Positions 59,369 to 64,000 of a stretch of 64,000 bases of DNA are shown in pieces (positions within the stretch are counted from its first letter, which is position 1; the number at the start of each line of letters is the position of its first letter). The stretch comes from a virus (Duplodnaviria > Heunggongvirae > Uroviricota > Caudoviricetes), in IMG/VR virus record IMGVR_UViG_3300035701_007101. One strand, written 5' to 3'. The notes under the pieces are model-generated. The model saw only the letters and a program-made list of their open reading frames with translations. It did no database searches and was not told where the DNA came from. Both the position numbers and the translations under genes were made by a program.

Positions 59369-59765
59369 AAACTTATTTATTAAGAAAAACTGTAGTAATT
59401 GCAATTTCAATGAAACTACACATTGCTCATGTTTCTACACTCATTCAAAATATTGCTATGACAAAGAATTTTGGCAGAAAAAACAATCATTTAAAATAAA
59501 GACACCTTGTGAAAGATTAACTGAATATCATTTAAATACATTTGGAAAATTTTCAATGAATAGAATGTGGCAATTAAAGTCAAAGATATTTAACAAAGAA
59601 CTATTAACAGACGAAGAAATCTCAATGGCAATGGTTTGCATACTACACGCTCATTCTATTTTTATTAACAATAAGAATAAAATTAAATTAGATTTACGAT
59701 CACATGAATTGCTTATAGATGATAATAAATTTTATGAATGCAAACAACCTAACAGTTTTTCCTGA
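59352..59765 (+). CDS. hypothetical protein with N-terminal Cys cluster
   Basis: CSNC...CSC...C. Confidence 0.5.
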   Translation: MIKNFKNLFIKKNCSNCNFNETTHCSCFYTHSKYCYDKEFWQKKQSFKIKTPCERLTEYHLNTFGKFSMNRMWQLKSKIFNKELLTDEEISMAMVCILHAHSIFINNKNKIKLDLRSHELLIDDNKFYECKQPNSFS

Positions 59766-59825
59766 ACAATATGAAATCAATAAACTATTACCAGATAAAA
59801 TCAAAAACCTGTTATAGGAGTCTAT

Positions 59826-60290
59826 ATGAAAAAGTCAAATCAATTACAATTGTTTGCTTTAAAATTACAAGCCCAAATAAAAGAAGATTTATATCGAAAT
59901 AGTCCTCTTAGAAATAAATTTCAAGTTAGACCAGTTGAACAAGGCGAAGTAAAAACTTTTGAAAACGCAAAAAACGCTAGAATAATGAATGAATCTTTTT
60001 TAATTGAAAAAATAAAAAACAAGAGTGCGATAGTGCCGTTTTTTCAACTTGATTGTTCAGATAAACTTCTCATAACTCTTGAATCATACAAAAGTAAAAG
60101 TAATTATAAAACTATTTATGAAGATATGTTAAACCAAGAAAAAATGATATTTAAAGCATTTAAAAAACATCTTACAAAAAAGAAACAAGGAATTTTATTG
60201 ATATTAAGTGATTTTAAAGTCTATGTGAATGATAAAAATATAGGTTTCACAGCATCTGAACAAATTGGCGTGATAGTTTTAAATAAATAG
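59826..60290 (+). CDS. hypothetical protein
   Basis: AGGAG RBS. Confidence 0.6.
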   Translation: MKKSNQLQLFALKLQAQIKEDLYRNSPLRNKFQVRPVEQGEVKTFENAKNARIMNESFLIEKIKNKSAIVPFFQLDCSDKLLITLESYKSKSNYKTIYEDMLNQEKMIFKAFKKHLTKKKQGILLILSDFKVYVNDKNIGFTASEQIGVIVLNK

Positions 60291-60298
60291 GAGAATCT

Positions 60299-60865
60299 AT
60301 GACAAACTTATTCAAAAATATAAACAATCTTCAAACTGTTGCTAACTGTTTAAGAACATTAGCAAACACATTCATAGCAACTAACAGTCAACTATCAACA
60401 AATTTGTACACGCTTGCTGACAATGTTATTGAAGAAATGAACACGATTAGCCGAAAAATTAATGAAAATGACTCTCAAACCACACAAAATACTCCTAATA
60501 CAACTTTGGTCGATGTTGAATTAGCATCTAAATCAATTCCAACTGCTGCACTCACTTCAAATTTCTGTGAACAATTTAACTCAAACTGTGCCTGTCTAAA
60601 TTGTCACCCAATTGACTATTGTGTAGAAGATCCTTGCGTACATTGTGACGGTCCAACTAATATTATATGTGAACCACCAAATTTAACTGATGATTTTGAA
60701 TTTTGTGAAAAATGTGGTAATGTAATCGAATATCTATCATGTGAGTGCGATGAAAAACCAACAAAAATGAAAGTTTGTTTAGTCTGTAGAACATTATTAT
60801 ATTTTCCGTTAAAAAAATGTCCAAAATGTATGCGTGATACAACAACAGTATTAATTGAAAGATAG
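60299..60865 (+). CDS. coiled-coil + multi-CxxC protein
   Basis: AGGAG RBS; CLNC, CVHC, CEKC, CLVC, CPKC. Confidence 0.65.
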   Translation: MTNLFKNINNLQTVANCLRTLANTFIATNSQLSTNLYTLADNVIEEMNTISRKINENDSQTTQNTPNTTLVDVELASKSIPTAALTSNFCEQFNSNCACLNCHPIDYCVEDPCVHCDGPTNIICEPPNLTDDFEFCEKCGNVIEYLSCECDEKPTKMKVCLVCRTLLYFPLKKCPKCMRDTTTVLIER

Positions 60866-60875
60866 GAGGTAAAAA

Positions 60876-61043
60876 ATGGAAGATTTTATGATAGATTGGT
60901 CTAATTTACACCAAGTGTCAATGAATGAAGACACTCATTGTGGCGGTCCAAACGGGTGTGAGAGTCGAAAATTTGATGAGTCAAAGAAAGATTGTCAAGA
61001 TTGCCTGGCTGAAGCTGGTGCAGAGGAAGATGATGATATATGA
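60876..61043 (+). CDS. 55-aa acidic Cys microprotein (not in ORF track)
   Basis: AGGAGG RBS; ATGA overlap with next gene. Confidence 0.6.
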   Translation: MEDFMIDWSNLHQVSMNEDTHCGGPNGCESRKFDESKKDCQDCLAEAGAEEDDDI

Positions 61044-61306
61044 ATAAATTTTGGTATGCTACTGAACAAAGAATCTTAAACAAATCAGGCAATATCTATT
61101 TTGCAGGAGCAACTTTATGTATTGACCACGAAAACAGAAGCGGCGGCATAGCAATAAATCAAAACGGCACAGGCTTTGTTTATGGCACATTATCTCGATT
61201 ACCATATAAAAAAGAAAACGGAAAAATTTACATTCCAGACTATATCATGATTTTAGCAAAACAACTATATTACGAAACGAAAGGTCGTCATTATGTCGAA
61301 AAATAA
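61040..61306 (+). CDS. hypothetical protein
   Basis: operonic. Confidence 0.55.
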   Translation: MNKFWYATEQRILNKSGNIYFAGATLCIDHENRSGGIAINQNGTGFVYGTLSRLPYKKENGKIYIPDYIMILAKQLYYETKGRHYVEK

Positions 61307-61712
61307 CATTTTACATATTCATAAATTCATGAAAGGTAATGAGTATTATCTAGATGACAATGAAACATATCTTGGCACAAAATCTGAAAACAGTAAACAC
61401 AATTGCATGCACATTGATGAAGATGAAGCTGTTCTTCAATTTTATTTTAACTGTCTTGACTCTGGCGGAGAACACACAACAGTTCTCGAATACTTATTCA
61501 AATACTTAACTTTAATAAAAGATAAAAATTGGCCATCAGAACACTCTGGTGAATATTATTGCATCATGCATATTTTAGAAAAAAATGATTTAATTAAAAG
61601 CGATGTCAGTATTCGTGTGCCATGGCTAACTGAAAAAGGACAATTAGCATACGATGATATTAAAAATGTCATAGAAATCCCAGAAATTATCTATCCTGAA
61701 CCTATTATGTAA
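61293..61712 (+). CDS. hypothetical protein
   Basis: GAAAGG RBS. Confidence 0.55.
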   Translation: MSKNNILHIHKFMKGNEYYLDDNETYLGTKSENSKHNCMHIDEDEAVLQFYFNCLDSGGEHTTVLEYLFKYLTLIKDKNWPSEHSGEYYCIMHILEKNDLIKSDVSIRVPWLTEKGQLAYDDIKNVIEIPEIIYPEPIM

Positions 61713-61745
61713 AAGTATGAGTACACCATAAATGAAAGGTAAACT

Positions 61746-62090
61746 ATGAAAAAAGCAAAACCCAAGACTAAAGTTCTTTGCCCAGATCATTTAGAAGAAT
61801 TAATTTGGATAAATAAAAACGGACTAAAACATACAAAATTTGTTGAAAAATGTCATGAAATTCCTAAAGATATAATAAGCAAACTAAAATTTGAACCATA
61901 CAAAGCTTTAGGGCACATGTCAGGTCTTACTGATACAAAAGTTTATCCAAGATTAAAAGCCGGAGATGTTCTTAAATTAAAATCTAGAAAATACGTTTTA
62001 GTTGGACACGTAAACAAGAATCTTGGAGTTTGTGACGATTGCACAGATTTTAAAGAAGAAGACATTAAAGAAATTGCGTCATTCTTCTAA
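61746..62090 (+). CDS. hypothetical protein
   Basis: GAAAGG RBS. Confidence 0.6.
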   Translation: MKKAKPKTKVLCPDHLEELIWINKNGLKHTKFVEKCHEIPKDIISKLKFEPYKALGHMSGLTDTKVYPRLKAGDVLKLKSRKYVLVGHVNKNLGVCDDCTDFKEEDIKEIASFF

Positions 62091-62151
62091 TGTAATTAAT
62101 GTTTTTTGTTGTTTAATTCGGTTAAAGTAAACTTTTACAAAAGAGAAAAAC

Positions 62152-62487
62152 ATGGAAAATCTAAAAGAAGCAATCGAACTTCTTGATGAATTTTTTAATG
62201 ATCCAGTCTGGCCCACTGAATATAAAAACGCTTGGCTCATCGTTAAAAAAGAATTAGAAAAATCACTACCCAAATTATCAGACGTTGTTGATTATGTCTT
62301 TCTTGAACCAGACGCTCAATCTCCAAGAATTGCTGTAGATCGAGCTTACAGATTTATTGACGGCTATTTAAACCCTATCAAAAACTCAAAACCTCTTAAC
62401 CTACAAATCTATGAATTAATTAAAAACAAAAACAAATGCACGTATGATGCAGTGATTGTCAAACTATTAGAGAATCAAAATGAGTAA
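62152..62487 (+). CDS. hypothetical protein
   Basis: ORF track. Confidence 0.5.
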   Translation: MENLKEAIELLDEFFNDPVWPTEYKNAWLIVKKELEKSLPKLSDVVDYVFLEPDAQSPRIAVDRAYRFIDGYLNPIKNSKPLNLQIYELIKNKNKCTYDAVIVKLLENQNE

Positions 62488-62764
62488 ATTCAATTTCATA
62501 TTAGATCAACCCATTGAAAAAGAACTCACTCTGCCAACAGACAGATTCACTATCACTTTCATCGACAACTCACAACTCACAAAAGACGTCATCTTAGACC
62601 CTGAATCAAAAACTATGCTCTTACTCTCTGAACATGAACCTGAACCCTCAGGCTATGGCATAATTGTTGATATCACAGACTCAAAAGGTAATCATCTTTA
62701 CAACATTACCAAAGAACAACCATTGGTCAAAACTCCTTCAATAACAATAGATCTGAATATATGA
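62480..62764 (+). CDS. hypothetical protein, MSKFNFIL family
   Basis: ORF track; paralog at 63107. Confidence 0.6.
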   Translation: MSKFNFILDQPIEKELTLPTDRFTITFIDNSQLTKDVILDPESKTMLLLSEHEPEPSGYGIIVDITDSKGNHLYNITKEQPLVKTPSITIDLNI

Positions 62765-63114
62765 ATAAATTCAACTTTATATTATTAGATGATGACACTA
62801 TTAAACAGGTATCAGACGAATCCAGTCACGTAATTGAAAAGTCTAATGATGATATTAAAGTAATTGAAGCACTTGAAAAACACGGTGTGTATAGTAAGAA
62901 TTGCATTTTTGGTATTAATACTTTTGGATATTATAGCGGACATATTGTATCAGATTCATTCAATGAAAAATCTGAAGAAGAAAGACAAGCGTTTATCTGG
63001 AATATTATTAGACAAGAAATAAGCCCAGAAGATATTGCAAAAATAGCTGGAATAATGCCATTAACTATAGAAGAATATAATCGAATTGTCATGGACGTCA
63101 ATTTCAATGAATAA
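62761..63114 (+). CDS. hypothetical protein, MNKFNFIL start with unrelated body
   Basis: ATGA overlap. Confidence 0.55.
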   Translation: MNKFNFILLDDDTIKQVSDESSHVIEKSNDDIKVIEALEKHGVYSKNCIFGINTFGYYSGHIVSDSFNEKSEEERQAFIWNIIRQEISPEDIAKIAGIMPLTIEEYNRIVMDVNFNE

Positions 63115-63473
63115 ATTCAATTTCATACTAGACAGCGTTATTGAACAAACTTCGTTGACTGAAAGATTCATCACATTTCTTGACGGCACACAAATAATAA
63201 AAGACATAGACATAAATAATGAAATCATTGTTATCTGAAGACGAACTAACTGATCGCCATCCAAGAAGCGAAGGTCTAATCACTAAAATAGTTAACTCAA
63301 AAAATCATTTCATATTTGATCTATATCCTCTCAACAAACTTGATCAATGCCAACTCATATTCAACACAAAAACTAATCAAATATACCAATCGGTCAAGCA
63401 AATCAGTCTCACTTGGATTGGCATAAAGGCCAATACCTCACCTAAAACTACAACAAATCAAACAAATTCTTGA
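63107..63473 (+). pseudogene. frameshifted paralog of 62480-62764
   Basis: 63107-63238 (MNKFNFILDSVIEQ...ITFLDGTQIIKD) continues in +1 frame as 63219-63473 (LLSEDE...). Confidence 0.55.
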
Positions 63474-63516
63474 AATATAATCTTAAATCTACGACTCAAA
63501 ACATGAATAATATATT

Positions 63517-64000
63517 ATGAATCCTAAATGGCTAATAGAAAACTTTGACGCTGACAATAACACTGTTAATAACCTAATCAATGAAGTCAAACGCCAAGGT
63601 CTACAACATGAAATTGTAAAATATCTACCATTCGGCTCAGGCAAATATGACAAATTCTCTAACGAAGACTGCGTAATATATCAAGGCAGCATTAATCTCG
63701 CTCAACAACTAATAAAAGAAAAACATTATATTCCGGGACCTTGGCTAACTGCTACAAACTATGAATGTACAACTTATTATTCTTATCTTGGCAAATACTT
63801 ATTTAACAATGACTATTTAATATTGCCCAGAGCAGAAGTATTACGAAAAAAATTATGGCTCTACAACGAAGCTTTCAACAAACACTATGAACAATTATTT
63901 TTCAGACCAAACTCAGGCCTCAAACCATTCACTGCTAAATTATTTAACGAATACAATGATTTTGACTCGCAATGGTCCTGGATCGAAAACTTCACCGAAC
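63517..64000 (+). CDS. ATP-grasp domain protein (DUF4343/R2K-like), runs off window end
   Basis: Manual translation: WLIE, IYQGSINL, YECTTYYSYLG, LFFRPNSGLKPFT. Confidence 0.7.
   Translation, partial: MNPKWLIENFDADNNTVNNLINEVKRQGLQHEIVKYLPFGSGKYDKFSNEDCVIYQGSINLAQQLIKEKHYIPGPWLTATNYECTTYYSYLGKYLFNNDYLILPRAEVLRKKLWLYNEAFNKHYEQLFFRPNSGLKPFTAKLFNEYNDFDSQWSWIENFTE

Noticed and set aside
1895-63264. Opposite-strand and nested ORFs in the track (e.g. 1895-2194, 18476-18742, 23188-23511, 40720-41157, 44444-44839)
   Set aside because: Shadows of well-supported genes on the other strand or frame, without RBS or motifs
1-64000. Stop-codon reassignment as in some huge phages
   Set aside because: Conserved proteins translate full length in code 11; TGA is used as a stop in ATGA overlaps; only isolated frame breaks

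Overview
Very AT-rich, densely coding 64 kb fragment that reads as part of a large (jumbo/huge) dsDNA bacteriophage genome in standard code 11. Phage identity is inferred from gene content; no major capsid or large terminase is recognisable here. 1-12.8 kb (minus strand) is a replication/transcription module: DnaE 5' end, T4-gp42-like dCMP hydroxymethylase, HU, 5'-3' exonuclease, DinG-like helicase, BGT-like glycosyltransferase, dCTPase/dUTPase-like enzyme, NusG, sigma factor, primase and an atypical tRNA-like RNA. From 12.9 kb all genes are plus strand: two TnpB-like RuvC genes (one broken, one intact), host-like genes (CCA enzyme, ACP, SpoVG, RNase Y, YhaM, KamA), SbcC, ligase, topoisomerase IB, putative virion proteins, a vWA-kinase/NMNAT operon, holin+GH108 endolysin and many small Cys-rich ORFs. 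Best candidates for new biology: (1) a conserved ~44-aa module (MKHLAxIQxEFxKxARxW...HPxxxRxxTxxP) fused to unrelated cargo domains, suggestive of a capsid-targeting/processing tag; (2) an 88-nt CCA-ended tRNA-like RNA with an enlarged anticodon arm; (3) an intact TnpB followed by an 18-29-18 repeat-spacer-repeat overlapping the next gene; (4) a hydroxymethylcytosine/glycosylation pathway in a DnaE-type phage; (5) a 50-bp element conserved in two probable 5' UTRs. All family calls are from motif recognition, not database searches.
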